Of a stretch of DNA of 64,000 nt, positions 36,990-52,009 are shown piece after piece (the stretch's first letter is position 1; every line of letters begins with the position of its first letter). Under the pieces are notes generated by a model, which made no database searches, was not told where the DNA came from, and was given only the letters and a program-made list of their open reading frames with translations. A program made the position numbers and the translations under genes. The stretch comes from Octopus sinensis (Eukaryota): contig NC_043018.1 of NCBI RefSeq assembly GCF_006345805.1, positions 7,874,001 through 7,938,000 on the forward strand, given 5' to 3'.

Positions 36990-38485
36990 CCCTTGAGAGA
37001 AAAGTTGGGCATAAGAGGAACCAAATGTAGCATGCAAGAGAGAAGACTACGTTGGTTTGGACATGTGATGCATATGAATGAGGACAGCTACATAAAGAAG
37101 TGCTGATCAATGAAAGTGGATGCTAGCCGTGGAAGTGGGAGACCCAGGAAGACATGGGATGAAGTGGTAAAGACAGATTTCAGGAAGTTGGGCCTCACAG
37201 AGGAAATGACAATGGACCAAGAAATATGAAGAAGACTCACTCACGTGAGTGAAACTGTGTCCTAGAATTGCTGTGAGAGAACTTCTCACACACTCTACCA
37301 CAACAGACCAAACTACGTCTCTAAATCTCTTCCTCGTATTTCCACTTCATGCGCTGTGCTTATCTCCCACTCCCCAATCCTGCCCTCTTGGACTGTGCCA
37401 TTGTATCATTGCTCTCCACTTGCCCCTGACCTATGTCTTCTACCCACATGCCCTGTCTCACTGTACTATTACTATCTGCTAGCCCTTGACTTGTGTGTTC
37501 CATGCATATGTAACAAGAAATCTTTTCCCTCAACCTACCCCAACAAACTAATCTACACCTCCACATCTCTTCTCTTTCTCACATATCCTCCTTCATACAC
37601 TATGCCTAGCTCTCACTCCCTAACCCTGTCCTTGCGACCCTGTTCCTCTGTATCATTGCTTTCTGATAGCCCCACCCCCGACTCTATATATACCCAGATT
37701 TTTCACCACTTACTCTCACTCTTTAATCACACTCCCTTTGCAATTTCCTGCCACTTATATTATGGTATTGGAATCTCAAGGCTATGCTCTGGCACTTGCC
37801 ACCATCTCTACCTCTCTCTTCCTTTACTCAATCATCCCATTTATATTCTGATCCCCGGTCCTTGTGAGTATGCCTGGCATTTTGCCACCATCTATATCCT
37901 GCTGTCTCCCACTCACTCTCTCTCCTTCTCCTGCACTTCCCTCAGGTTGGGTAACTGTATATTTCCATTGCGGTAGCACACCTGTTTCTGTCTTCATTCC
38001 TGATCTCTCTCTCTCTCTCTCTCTCCCCCTCCAGTTGGGTAACCTTGTACTTCCTCTACAGCAAGACACCTGTATCCGTCTCACTATAACCTTCCATCAT
38101 CCAACACAAGATCACCTCCTCTCGTGACTCCTCTCCACCCTAAAAGTTTTTTTTTTTGTCTTGCAAGTACTTGATGACCCTGTCAGTGCAGGTGCCACTT
38201 AAAAGCACCCAGTCCACACTGGGTGCTTTTAAAATGGTTGGTATTGAGAAAGGCATCAAGCTGCAAAAACCTTGCCAAAACTGACCTTGCCTGTGCTTGT
38301 GCCACAAAAAAAAAAAAACATTAAGTCCACTCTGCAGAATGGTTGGTGTTAGGAAAGGCATCCAGCTGTAAAAATCCTACCAAAACAGTCACAGAAGTCT
38401 GGTGCAGGCTTCTGCTTGGTCAGCTCTTGTGAAACCGTCCCACCCATTCCAGTATGGAAGGTGGATGTTAAACGATGATGATGAG
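36990..38485 (+). mobile_element. Older RTE subfamily 3' portion with long pyrimidine-rich UTR
   Basis: LREKLGIRG...QERRLRWFGHV...[14 protein letters not shown], then CT-rich tract and gttaaacgatgatgatg tail. Confidence 0.7.
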
Positions 38486-39049
38486 ACAGACACACACACA
38501 TATGTTTATGTGTGTGTGTATCAGATACTGTGAATAGAAATGCATTATGGCATGTGCTGAATTAACTTGGATACCCAATAAGTTTGTTTCTACTCTTATA
38601 CATACAATGGAAGGCAAGGTTTATGATATCGGGAGAATATCGCCTTCTCCCATTATATCTTGTTCTTTGTGTAGTTCAGGCTCTGGCAGGCAAAGAAAGA
38701 AGTCTTTAAGTACAAATGCAATTTACAACCAGTTTATTTACAAGTTTCACAGAACAGGTGAAGTGTGCTGCTCTCAGCAACCATCTTGAGCTGTTTGCAT
38801 GGTGTTGTATCTCCATTAGTGTGGGCACATTGCCTCTGGAGGTAGTCGTGGCTGCCCCCTCGTTATCGTGTATGGCCATTGCACGAAGCTTAATCAATGT
38901 TGTTATCGTGCAATGCCTGTGCAAGAAGATTTTTTTTTTAAATGAGGAAAGGCTGTGCACTGAGTCAATCCCACTCACTAAGCAACAGCAGCCATAATCC
39001 AAAAAGAAGAACAAGTCAGCATCATCGGTAACCACTGAGCCGCAGGTTT

Positions 39050-39370
39050 TATGTCAGAGTTATATCCCAATTACCTGAGTTACCTTCTCCTAGAAGTATT
39101 CCCTAACGAAGGCTAGGAGTCCTTCACTCCCAATGGTTTAACTGCGCAATCGGGTATTCAGTCCGATTATTTCTATGTCCCCGCGCATGATACAGCCTTA
39201 AGACATTTATTGGATGGCCATTGACTCTCAAGAGTTCCTCCGCCCTTTGATGGGTTTTGTTTTTCATCCCGCATGGTGTCCTATAAACACCCTCCTTACC
39301 AAGCAAGCTTGGTGGGGTTGCCGGTTTAGTTGCCGACGGCCTGACCATGCGACAGCAAGGCCAAGCTAAT
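39050..39370 (-). mobile_element. Possible RTE-type 5'UTR relic
   Basis: CpG-richer segment ending ctaggagaaggtaactc, reminiscent of RTE 5' regions; no protein support. Confidence 0.3.
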
Positions 39371-42300
39371 GAAGTGTGCTCAGTAAGCACTGCTGCAAAG
39401 GAGTGGAGAGAGAGAATGAATCTGTTTCTGCTTTGCCCTTATATCCAGTTTGCCATCGCAAGCCTTGTTGTGATCTCACGCATGGCAAATGGATGCAGGT
39501 GAGGTCTCGCTCCAGTCTCAGAGATGGCAATGGCTGCCATGAGATCTCATCCAATACAGCGCTGATTGCTTGTGCCACAACACACATTTCCTTAATGAAA
39601 TGAAAGCTTGTGAAAATGATACAAAACGAGGGGCCATGCCAAATATCGACTCTGCATCCTACATTTCTATGTTTTGCTTTGTTTCACAGCATTAAGGACT
39701 TATTCTTTGTAAGCCTAGTACTTATTCTATCAGTCTCTTTTGCCGAACCGCTAGCTTACGGGGATGTAAACACACCAGTATCGGTTGTCAAGCAGTGTTG
39801 GTGGGACAAACACAGACATACACGCACACACATATATATATACATATACATATATTACGTTCTGAGTTCAAATTCTGCCGAGGTCGACTTTGCCTTTCAT
39901 CCTTTCGGGGTCGATAAACAAAGTACCAGTTTCGCACTGGGGTCGATGTAATCGACTTAATCCCTTTGTCTGTCCTTGTTTGTCCCCTCTATGTTTAGTC
40001 CCTTGTGGGCAGTAAAGAAATATATATACGACAGGTTTCTTTCAGTTTCCGTTTACCAAATCCACTCACAAGGCTTTGGTCAGCCCGAGGCTATAGTAGA
40101 AGACACTTGCCCAAGGTGCCACGCAGTGGGACTGAACCCGGAACCATGTGGTAGTAAGGAAGCTACTTACCACACACCCACTCCTACGCCTATCTCTACT
40201 AAAACTGCATCAAAGAGCTTAGCACCCACGTTCACCCACGCTTTCGTTCCATTATGGAAATGTCTAAATACAGACAAACATATAAGAACTCCCAAGTTTT
40301 ACAGACAATAGGATGTCCTACCATCTGAAGAATAACACACCCTGAGACACTCTGAGTAGCGTAGGAGTGTTTTATCCGCTTTGAAGTTCTAAATGAACTT
40401 TACGACACCTGTAGAGGATACTATCACTCATTTGTTCATTCTGATTGATTCATGCAAAATCATTAATCACGAAAGATTGAACTTGAATAAAGTCGACTTG
40501 TATTTTGAACCATTTGAAGTTTTCGTTAGTTTTGCTCTAGTTGTGCTGTTGTAATTAACCTCATTACTGTTATTGCAAACTCTCATGGTTTATTTTCCAG
40601 TCATACAAGAAATTCAACAATAAACAAAAACCAAACGGTTTCAGTACAGTTTTAATAGAAAGACTTGGAAGAAAGAATTAGATGTAAGTTCGCCAATAAT
40701 TTTCTTTCGTGTAAATAAATATCTGTGTTAATTTTAAAATTTGCTAGCAAAACCTTACGAAATGATAACTTTCTAAAAGATGTCCATAGTTATATGTTAT
40801 ATATGAAAATATGATAAAAAGTCTAATTATAACAAGTGTGAGTGCGCGCGTTTGTGTCTTTGTGTTATTTGTGATGCGTATATATTTGTATAGCGTGTAT
40901 GTGTGAGTGTGGGGGGTATATAAACACACACATATACATAAATACACAGGAAAGCACTCGCATATCAGTTCGCAATATATATTTACATGTAAGTTTTAGT
41001 TTCCTGTCTCGCTCTCTCTCTCTTTCTCTCACCCTCTCTGTGACATGGCCAGAGCCTCAACCACTTAAGATGACACATTTCGAAATAGACGGAGGTAAAA
41101 AAAATTAGGGCTAGAAAACAAACCATGAAATAAAATACTATAAAAACTGATAAAATACTTATGCTATCTCTCACAACTCTCCTTTTTCACTTTTGTCCAA
41201 CACAGACCCACACATATATAAAAATATATTGACAGAGAACGTTACATACATTCACTTCTGGATATATAAAACTTGGGTTACCCCCAGTATACGTATATAT
41301 AAGAGCACAGCATTTTTGTGACTAGCTTGGAAGACAAAATTGTCAATATGTCTTATAATCAAAGGTAAGATGAGAAAAATTTGTTTTAAAACTTTATTCT
41401 TTGTTTTGTTCCGTTTAGAGAGTGACTGTTGCTGCTGTTGTATTTCACTGTCTATTTACATTTGGAAATTAAATATTTAGAGATCAAACAATACATTTGA
41501 TATCTAAATAAATAAGCGATCTGCAACCGTGGGACAATAACGAAGCTTATTTTCTCGCATGTAATACTATATTCTTAATAAGACACCTGACAGGTCCGAA
41601 GGAGAATGCACACACGCACAAAACAATACTATGCTAAAAATAACAGCTCTTACTGTTGTTTCGGTTCTTCAACCCTTCAAGTCAGTCCTCCAAAGACATT
41701 CTTGCTTTTACCATTCCATCCGTTTAGGAGGACTGACCACATTTTCTCTACTATGTGATTTCAGGGACTTTGGCTACTATTTCTAGCAAGCTAAGCAACT
41801 ACATAGAAGTCTACTTTGTTGACTTGATTATTACTGTTTCTACAAACTCCGGTTGCGGACCATCCTATCTTTTTATATACTTGTATATTACATTGTTCAA
41901 TGTTTTCGTTTTTAAATAGGGGTGTGTCGCGGGGGTTAAACATGTCTTAAAATAATTTGGATGCAGTTTATTTTAAGTTTTATAAATTTATTTATAAAGT
42001 TTGTCGACTTGTTTGACAAAAAAACGTACTCACTGACCAAAACATTGGTTTTAAATTTTGGCGCAAGGTCCGCAGTTTGCATGTGGCAGGCTAGTCGATT
42101 ACATTGACCCCAGGACACCACTGATGCCCATTTTACCGACTCCGTAACGACCTAAGGTCAAGTTGACCTCGGTGGAATTTGAACCGAGCTCAACAGACGA
42201 AACGCCGCTAAGGTCCAATGTCTAAATACCTTGGGTTGGGGTTAATATAATAAGGGCAACGAGGGCGGCAAGCTGGCAGAATCTTTGGCATGCCGAACAA

Positions 42301-44980
42301 AATGCATAGCGACATTTCTTCCGGTTTTACGATCTAAGTTCAAATGCCGCTGAGGTCGATTTTGCCTTTCATCCTTTCGAGGGCGATAAAATAAATACCA
42401 TTTGAGCACTGGTAGGGGTCGATGTAAATCAACTTACCCTTCTCCTCAAAATTGCTGGTTTTGTGCCAAAAAAATTGAAACAGTACTTTAAGGACAACGA
42501 TGGAATGGAATGGGTTGTTCAAATTATTTTAGGCGTAGGGGTGGGGCAAAATGAGTAACCAGAGCAAAAAGACTAGCTTCTGATCTCTTGTTATTTTTTC
42601 ACTAGCTGTTTAAAATCATTGCATCATTATTTGTACTGCACATCCATCGTATTTAGGTCTAAATATCGATCAGCATAGTTGTTGCTGAAGTGAGGGAGTT
42701 CGAAACACAGTTAGGTGACAGGTGCACTTTTTTCAAGAAATTTTCACTCAAATTTGAACCGATTGTAATTGAGGTTGCTAATAAAATATTTGGATAACAT
42801 TTGGTGTTTAGCAATCAATATTCTTTTGTCTGTTGGATTCCAAATCAATTTTTCTTCCCACGCAATTGTCTAGTTTGATAATTTTCAAGTTTCAAAAATG
42901 CCTAAGATGGGGTAAAATGAGTATTGTCTAATTTGTCTTACATATGCTCAAAGAGAACGGTTATAATTTTCTGAAATAGTGATCAGATTATATTATAATG
43001 CTTTTACTGCATTTAGGTAGTGCCATTTGCTTAAAGATCGCCGGTTTTGTTTGGTAGAAAAACATTTGTAAAAAATATATTTTGTCTCAAAGTCAAAAAC
43101 GTACTAAAACACCTCCTTTTTCTCCCACCCCTATTTGTTTTCTCATAACTTCCAGAAAAATTAGTATTGTTCAACGGAATTTTCTACAAATACCCTTCAG
43201 ATGGTGTAATTCTAATCATAATGGAATCGGTGAAGAAAAAAATCTATGGGCGGGATGAGTTTCGGAAAATTCACATGAGTCGGCATTGTTTTTCCCTATC
43301 ACTTTCATAACAATGGGTACCTTTTAAGGAAATTTTCTACAAATACCTTTCAGAGTATGTAAATAATGATTATATTGGAATTTAAAATGGAAAAACAAGA
43401 GAAAATTGGTGAACACAGACATTTATATATTGACACAAATCACAATTTTTTTCGAAATTACAAATTTTTTTTTTACAGATATATGTGGTGTGTGTCAGTA
43501 TGTATGTGTTCAAATCCACCAATTTTGTTTTCATATCAAATTCTGATATAATCGTAATCTACACACATTGAAAGGAATTTGTAGAAACTTGCATTGAAAA
43601 ATACCCATTTTTCTTAAAGTTATGAGGAAACGAAGCCAAACACGTGTGAATTTTCCAAAACTCCCACTCACGGAAAAGATTTTTCACAACAAAAATTTAT
43701 ACCATCTGACACATATTCGTTAAAAAATATCAATTTTTCTGTAAATTATGAGGAAACAAAAGTTGGGGAGAGAAAGGCACACTTGTGGAGGCATGCTTTA
43801 TTTTGGTATATTTAATTATGGCCCTTTTACGTTCTCGGCTCAAATTTCGTTAATTGTCAACCTTGACTTCTATTCTTCCTGGGTCGGTAAAATAAAATAA
43901 AGGACCAACCAAGTACTGTAGTTCTAAATTTGTGACCTTGTGCTAATATTAATAACAAATAATAAATGCACCCTTTTAAAGCCTAGCCAGGCTCATGGGC
44001 CCGGTTTCAGTGGCGTATGTGTTCCCCAGCTGGACAGGTCGCCAGTCCGTTGCCAGATGAGTGGACTGGAGCAACGTGAAATGAAGTGTTTTGCTCAAGA
44101 ACACAACGCTTCACCCTGTCCAGGAATCGAAACCACAATCTTATGATCATGATGCTGACACCCTAACCACTAAGCCATGTGCCTCCACTTGTGCTAATTA
44201 TTGGAAATCAATAGATAAAACATAGATATTAAAGACTTGTCTAAAAATATGGCTTTGACACCTAGGGTACTCCAACTGTGTCAGTGGATTGTATTCAATA
44301 AGTGTAATTCTTTCTACTATAGGCACAAGGCCCAAAATTTTGTTGAGTATGGGGCTCATTGATTATATCAACCTCAGTACTAAACTGGTACATGTTTCAT
44401 CAACCTTGAAAGGATGAAGAGTAAGGTCACCCTCAATAGAACTTGAACTCAGGATGTTGAATTGAGTTGAGACCCCCTTCGGTCATGACTGACGTGGGAT
44501 TGCACCTAGAAAGTAACCCTCTCAGGCACAAGTCCGAGCAAGGTTGTTTATGGAAGACCAGCAGTCGCCCATGCATACCGGCCTCCCCTCTCCACACCAC
44601 CTGTGAAGGGCAAAGGGGCCGATACTGCTTGGCACCTGTGACGTTGCAACTCATTTCAACAGCTGAGTGAACCGGAGCAACGTGAAATAAAGTGCCTTGC
44701 TCAAGAACACAACACGCAGCCTGGTCCAGAATTCGGACTCGCAACCTCACGATTGTAAGCTCGATGCTCTAACCACTGAGCCATGCACCTTCTCGAACCC
44801 AGAATGTATAAAATGTAAAAATGCCACTAAGCATTTTGCCTAGTGTGGTAATGATTCTGCTGATGCCACTTAAAAGCACCCAGTCCACACTCTAAAGTGG
44901 TTGGCATTTGGAAGGGCATCCAGTTGTAAAAATTATGCCACGACTGACCCTCACCTATGCTAGTGCCATGTAAAAAGCAT

Positions 44981-45393
44981 GGATCTTTTCGGTTTGAATG
45001 GCAGTTTTTTCTAGCGGTATCATATGAAATTATCACCCATAATTATGACCCTAGTATCGATCTATTGCATTTCAATCTGTTTTAGGGTTAGGGGTGGCTG
45101 GGAAAGGTAACCTTTTTTTCCTCAGAAATGTAAATAAACCCAATCTGTTTCTTAAACGAGGGACATATTCATACGGCACAGAATGTTTTCACCTCAATAG
45201 ACATAATTGATTGGTTGAAATTGCAGAAATTGAAGAAAAAAAACAACAAATATCTTACAAACTATAGAATTTTCTCAATAAAGCCAAGAGAAAAAGATGT
45301 TTTATAAACACATTCTACCAGTATACGAAGTTTAAAAGTGTTTAGTTTCGTGGAAATTATTTTAAAAAACTGCCGGTCAAACCGAAAAGATCC
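44981..45393. mobile_element. GGATC-ended MITE inserted in an old RTE 3' tail
   Basis: Both TIRs present; degenerate TSD aaaagcat/agaagcac. RTE tail resumes to gttaaatgatgatg at ~45570. Confidence 0.85.
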
Positions 45394-47019
45394 AGAAGCA
45401 CTAATTCTACTCTGCAGAGTTATTTGGTGTTAGGAAGGGCATCCAACCATAAAAACCCTGCCGAAACAGACACAGTAGCCTGGGGTAGTCTTCTACCTGG
45501 CCAGCTTCTGTCAACCTTCCTACCCATGCATGCATGGAAGATAGATGTTAAATGATGATGATGATGATGATATATGGGCTTCTTTTAGTTTCCAAAGTGT
45601 CACACAGTGGGACTGAATTGAGGACCCCTTGGGTGGGAAATAAGCTTCTTAGCCAGACAGTGCTTTATGGCATCACCCTAAAATTTATTTCCATTTTCCA
45701 ATCTGCTGTTGTTCTCATCTGTAGTTTGGCTGCCACATTATATCACCATGACCAACACCGCAGTCATCACTAACAAATAACTATGACATGGTAGTGTACA
45801 CCATGCTTTTGCAAATTGTTTTTGAGTCTGTGTAGTCATGAGCAGACACACCCACACCCCTTAATCCTCCCACTAGTGGCACATCAATTAGGTGACAGAT
45901 TAAGGGCCACAATTTGGTACTTATTTGCAGCTGAGTAGACTGGAGCATCATGAAGTGCCTTGTTCAATGACATAGCACACTGCCCAGCCCTGGAATTGAA
46001 CTTTTGACCTTATGATTAGAAGCCCAACATTTTAACCACATGTGGCTTTACTTGAAAACCCACATTACCAGGAAAATGTGAGTGGCTGTGTGGTAAGTAG
46101 CTTGCTAACCAACCACATGGTTCTGGGTTCAGTCCCACTGCGTGGCATCTTGGGCAAGTGTCTTCTGCTATAGCTCCGGGCCGACCAAAACCTTGTGAGT
46201 GGATTTGGTAGACGGAAACTGAAAGAAGCCTGTCATATATATATATATGTGTGTGTTTGTCCCCCTAGCATTGCTTGACAACCAATGCTGGTGTGTTTAT
46301 GTCCCCGTCACTTAGCGGTTCGGCAAAAGAGACCGATAGAATAAACTGGGCTTACAAAGAATAAGTCCCGGGGTCGGTTTGCTCAACTAAAGGTGGTGCT
46401 CCAGCATGGCTGCAGTCAAATGACTGAAACAAGTAAAAGAGTAAAGAGAGAGTATGAATTTAGTGATAGTTCTAAAGCCAGCCTCTTGTGAATACACGAT
46501 GATTTATTGTCAATTAGAGACAGTTTATGGAATAGAGAGATGGCTTTCAGTTCTGAAGAGACTCATGAGATTTGCTGCTTAACACCAGTTTCATAGACAA
46601 CCCATTGGACCCAGAACAGATGAGGCCCTTCAGTTCTTTAGCTGCTCGTATAGGAGAAAGTAACTCCATACAAATCCTGCATTCTGAGAACTTCTGGATT
46701 CATGGCACTTGTTACATCAGACCAAGCCTCTGCACAAACCATGCTCACTGTAAGGATATTCATTATGCAGGCTGCTCAACAAACCAAGGCAGCAGCTCCC
46801 TGCATCATCCCACTTTTTTTATCTATGTCCATTGACGATAGGGAAGAAGGCGACATTGACAAACAGAGACAGCTATTGAAACTCTTCAGCTTTGACCTTG
46901 TACACAAGTGGTCATTGGGTGATTATTGTTTTTAACTGTGTTTTTTTTCTTTTTTTCTTTTTTCTTTTTGTACTGAATCCTCATTCATTGAAGTGATGAG
47001 ACACTCCAACAACAAAAAA

Positions 47020-47176
47020 CCACTGTGTCTGTGTATATATATATATATATATATTTATATTTTTATATATATATATATATATTTTATATATATATATATA
47101 TTATATATATATATATATATATTTATTTATATATATATTTATTTATATATATTTATATTATATATATTTATATTTT

Positions 47177-47209
<33 letters not shown>

Positions 47210-47480
47210 ATTATTTATTTATATATATATTTATTTATATATATTATATATATTTATTTATATATATTTATTTATATATTTATTTATATATTTATATTTT
47301 ATATATATATATATATTTTTATTATATATATATATATTTATTTATATATATATTTATTTATATATATTTATATTTTTATATATATATTTATATATATATA
47401 TATATTTTTATATATATATTTATTTATATATTTATTTATATATTATTTATATATATTTATATATATATATTTATATTTAT

Positions 47481-47522
<42 letters not shown>

Positions 47523-47540
47523 TATTTATATATATATATG
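47020..47540. repeat. Degenerate (TA)n / TATTTA low-complexity tract
   Basis: About 520 bp almost purely A/T. Confidence 0.9.
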
Positions 47541-47608
47541 TGAACATCTGAATTCTAGAATGCAAGAGACAATGGTTAAGTAGTTGGTGGAAATAATAGT
47601 AATAATAA

Positions 47609-47975
47609 TCTCTCTATATATAAACGGCAAAATATCTGTCTGTGTGAATCCTTTATACAATTCCACAATTTTTCAGTTACATGGCTTGCACTTTCTATGG
47701 TCATTCAAAAAAGTCCAAGGGTGGTCGTGCACATCTTTACATTTCCCCAGTCACCCCACAAAGCCATTGAAAAATCAATAGAAGTGACTTTTTTTGTGAA
47801 TTTTCTATCCCAAACCCAATCAAAATGCCCGAAACTTGATACGCCAATTGAATGCCAGCTAGCTGTATGTGATTGGTCGGAGATTTGGATAGTATTTGCG
47901 TGTATATGTGCATGCACGCAGCTGTATATGCATGCACTAGCACTATGACCCAGCAACGTTTACAGGCAAGACTGG
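47609..47975 (+). mobile_element. Degenerate non-autonomous Helitron-like element
   Basis: TCTCTATATATATAAA...tctgtctgtgtg start; decayed cccagcaacg 3' motif; no intact CTAG end. Confidence 0.45.
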
Positions 47976-49079
47976 CAAACCATTTGATTTCATTTAAGGG
48001 TTGCGAGAAGATGCATAATACAAGCCTGAGCATGTACACCTGGTCCTTTAAAGATAGAAATGTTAACTTTAGTATGGAATGGGAAAAAATAAGTGTCGCT
48101 GAATTTTATGCCATTGGAAGAAAAAGATACACTTTTCTGTATAGAGAAAATATTTCATATTATCACAGCTAAACACCAATTGCTTAACAATAGACTAGAA
48201 CAAACCCTAAAATGTTTACACCTACAGAGGACTTTCAAATACTTCTATGGAAGCGGCATCTAATTAAGTAACCAACATATAAAGAGAAGGTGCCTGTGTT
48301 TGTATGGTAAATGTCGGGAGAATATCTGATTTAACTGTCAAATAGTAGTCATTATTCTTCAGGCGTAGGAGTGGCTGTGTGGTTCCAGGTTCAGTCTCAC
48401 TGCATGGCACTTTGGGCAAGTGTCTTCTACTATAGCCTCGGGCCAACCAAGGCCTTGGTAGACAGAAACTGAAAGAAGCTCGTCGTAAATATATATATAC
48501 ATATATGTGTGTGTGTGTGTCTGTGTTTCCCCCCCCCAACATCGCTTGACAACTGATGCTGGTGTGTTTACGTCCCTGTAACTTAGCAGTTCAGCAAAAA
48601 GAGACTGATAGAATAAGTACTAGGCTTCCAAAGAATAAGTCCTGGGGTCGATTTGCTTAACTAAAGGCGGTGCTCCAGCATGGCCGCAGTCAAATGACTG
48701 AAACGAGTAAAAGAGTATGTAAAAATTCTTGCAACGCATATTGGTTGAAGAATCTGCATGTAATCAGAGAAATTTTTGAATTGGCTCCTAAGAAAGTTCT
48801 TCATCCCTCATATATGAAATTTTATCTGATTTAATCGCCAGTATACAATATCAGGCGCATAAACTCATAGATCACTTACCACAAGGCTTGAAAAAGTACA
48901 CTTTGGCCTACTTAATGGTCTAGGACTTTGGTTTAGAATTTAAACCAAGGATCAGGTTGAGGTCATCCATACAGTTGTTTTTATAGCCATATCATGGTAG
49001 CATGGAAAGCGGACGTTAAACGATGATGATGATCATCATGTTATTTAATCTCACCCTCACACTCTTTGCTCTCCAAAAC

Positions 49080-49515
49080 TATCATCATCATCATGGCTCG
49101 GCTTCGCGAACGAAGATCAGGAAGGCTGTCCATGTTGCATGCATACACGCTCATGACTGACAAGTCCGATATGGGAAAGGCAGGTCCGTGAGCAGTGTCC
49201 ACAGACGAAGGTAACATCCGGTATGGTTTCAGAGGCGGCTCGCGCCTTCCTCCTGCATCTCTTGTCTTTAAGCACGTCTCTTCTTTGTTCCTCAAACTTG
49301 CTGACTGTGTCGAAGATTGTGTGGCGCCAGACATCACGGTCCGCAGCCAGGTCTGACCAGCATTGGTGGTTAATTTGATATGCTGTTAGAGACTTCTTGA
49401 GGCAGTCTTTGTAGCGCTTCCTCGGAGTTCCTCTCACTCGGTGGCCGGTGGAGAGTTCGCCAAACAGGGCAATCTTTGGAAGGCGATGGTTCTCCATTCT
49501 GGAGACATGCCCCAG
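49080..49515 (-). mobile_element. 3' end of a second RTE family (BovB-like) with C-terminal Cys/His motif
   Basis: Open ORF 49117-49497: RLPKIALFGELSTGHRVRGTPRKRYKDCLK...CGHCSRTCLSHIGLVSHERVC; tail gccgagccatgatgatgat. Confidence 0.85.
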
Positions 49516-49877
49516 TAAAATAACGTTATCCGAGCATACATAAACCTAGTTTGGCTTTGGACCACATCCATGGACTTGAATAAAAGATGCAGAGAATATT
49601 AAGCAATAGAAATAAACTGGATGTAAATGTTAGTAGCTAGTTTTCTATGCAGCAGAAATGTTTGTCTGACAAATTTAATCCAAATATGATGTAAAACTGG
49701 CTGTAGAAATAAAAGAAAAATATGCAGACGTATTAATCTCTATATTCATTGTAATTGTTTGTGTGTGTGTGTGTGTGTGTTTGCATATATATACAATTAT
49801 ATTGCCTTTTCTTTCAAAAAATTATAGAACTACTTCAAAGTGCTCAGGCTGAACCCAAGACACTAGATTGTAAATAA

Positions 49878-50268
49878 TCTATTTATATAAAGCTGAAGTT
49901 GTCTGTATGTGGCAGGTTTGGTAGTCTTCAACTAACACTATCTCCTCTGAGACCTTGCGGTGCAAGTTGACCAAAATTGAGAGTATGATAGAAGAAGGCT
50001 TGCTCTTCATTCCTTAGAAGATAAAATTCAAATCGGACCAGGTTAACACCAAAAATTATTTACATCAAAAAGGTGCTTTTTTTTCTATGAAGATCCCAAT
50101 TTTTTACGATTTTTTGACTGCTGTGTCGCCATTTTTCGGTGTATTTCAACCAGAAAAATGTTCACTTAAAGAGAATAACAAGCGACATAATGCAAAGTTT
50201 TTACTTTTCAAAAATTCCAATTCTAAAGGGTCGAAACAAACCCGAACAACGCCGGGCGATACTGCTTG
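49878..50268 (+). mobile_element. Non-autonomous Helitron-like element
   Basis: Homologous to 61877-62272; 3' aacgccgggcgatactgCTTG (mutated CTAG). Confidence 0.75.
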
Positions 50269-52009
50269 TATAATTTAAAGAAGAAACAAAAATTAGATAT
50301 TTATGACATACAACAAATACATTCAAACATTCAGAACATATTAAAAGTATTATTTAAGAATATACACGAAAATGTAAGCAAGGGAAAATTCTATGTGGAG
50401 TAATATAGCGAATATGAAAAAGTCGCCCTTTTCAAGCCTAGCCAGGCTCATGGGCCTGGTTTCCCGGTTTCTGTGGCGTGTGTGTTCCTCCCAGCTGGAC
50501 GGGACACCAGTCCATCGCAGCGTTACTCAAGAAACAGGAAGCGAGAGTGAGAGAAAGTTGTGGTGAAAGAATACAGCAGGGGTCACTCCCACCCACTGCC
50601 AGAGCCTCGTGGAGCTCAATAAACACACAAAACGCCCGGTCTGGGAATCGAAACTGCAATCCTCCGATCGCGAGTCCGCTGCACTTCCACATAGCGAATA
50701 TAAGAAAACCTTATCAAAAATTAATTAGTTAGAAATTACATTGATGGCAATGAGAAACCTTAATGAGGAATTTCAAAGTCAGAGAAATATATTTGTTTTA
50801 AGAGTTCTAAAAAATATATATATATAACGGGTTATATATATATAACAGGTAAGAGGTATTTCAGGAGCCCTGGCTAAAGTTTGAATTATATAATTCATGC
50901 ATAGATAATGTCCCTCCCCTTCATCAAGGAATTAGTGAGGAAGGTTCAAAAGAAGACATAGTGTAAGGAAATCTCATTTATATTTGGTTAGCAAGATTCT
51001 TGATGTGAATTCGTGTGTTGAAAGAAATACTGTTAAACCTTGGCAGAGGCATCATGCCGGTAATAAGAAACAAACGCACTGGTTCGGTCCTTCATTGTTA
51101 ATTAATGGGTCAGTTCCTGCGTTAGCCAATTTATCAATTAGCCGTTTTATACGAGTTTTTCAAACTTGAATGTTAAACACTTTGGTCAAACAGTTCATCG
51201 TTCAAAGGTTCAGTATCGTTCGTGTTGTCATTTCTTTTTCTTTTTTGTCAAATAATTATTTCATCGCATTGTTGCAATCTCTTTAGTGACACATCTCTCT
51301 ACTTCAATTTCTTGGGATTCATCCGAGATGAGTATGTGAGTGTATGACTGTGTGCTTATACATAAGTGCGTGCATCCATGTGTGTGTGCGTGTGTTTTTC
51401 TAAATACTGACTTCTGTCACTTTTCATATACATAAAATAACGGTTTTGGTCTTCTCTTTGTTTTCTTTGCAAACGCACACCATTTCATCCATGTAATGTT
51501 TCTCTCAAAGACAGTTAAACCGTCTTCTTTGTTTGATGAATGTTGAATAAATTGATATCTGTGCATGAGCACGGGTATGCGTATGCGTGCGTGTGTCCAT
51601 GTGTGTATGGAAGGGCATGTGTGTACGAGCGTGTGTGTCTGTCTGCGTGTACGTGTGTGTGAGTGTGTGTGTATGTGTCTCAGTGTCTTTGTGTGTGTGT
51701 GTGTTTGCATTCATATGTGTATGAGTTTCTCTGTTTGTGTGTACGTATGTACTTCTGTATGCCTGTTCCGTGTGTGTGCGTATATGTGTGTCCGTGTGGG
51801 CATAAGGGAATGTCTGTGTCCTTGTTTGTCTTTGCGTGTGTATGTGTGTTTGCGCGCGCACGTTCGTGTGTGTGTGTGTGTGCATATGTATGGTCTTTGT
51901 AAAGCCTCTGTATGTATGTATGTGCGTATGTATGGGCCTTTGTAAGGCCTCTGCTGAATGAGAATATTTACTATTCAAAACCGGTCGTGCTTCGTTTAAC
52001 CAGACTGAC

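Noticed and set aside
38547-39603. ORFs of 73-109 aa in a non-repetitive-looking segment
   Set aside because: Only faint, conflicting resemblance to a transposase or an RTE N-terminus; many stops; cannot be assigned without a search.
42690-43750. Possible DNA transposon coding remnant
   Set aside because: AT-rich, with short inverted motifs but no defensible TIR pair or protein motif.
46480-46960. Possible exon or MULE-like transposase relic
   Set aside because: No convincing motif or splice-consistent frame on either strand.
46993-47583. Long I/Y-rich ORFs (also 36480-36766, 58267-59762, 16887-17345)
   Set aside because: Translations of (TA)n/(TCTA)n microsatellites, which lack stops in some frames.
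48830-48930. Strong minus-strand donor GTAAGT with a 40-nt candidate exon
   Set aside because: Too short, no homology, weak acceptor; expected by chance.
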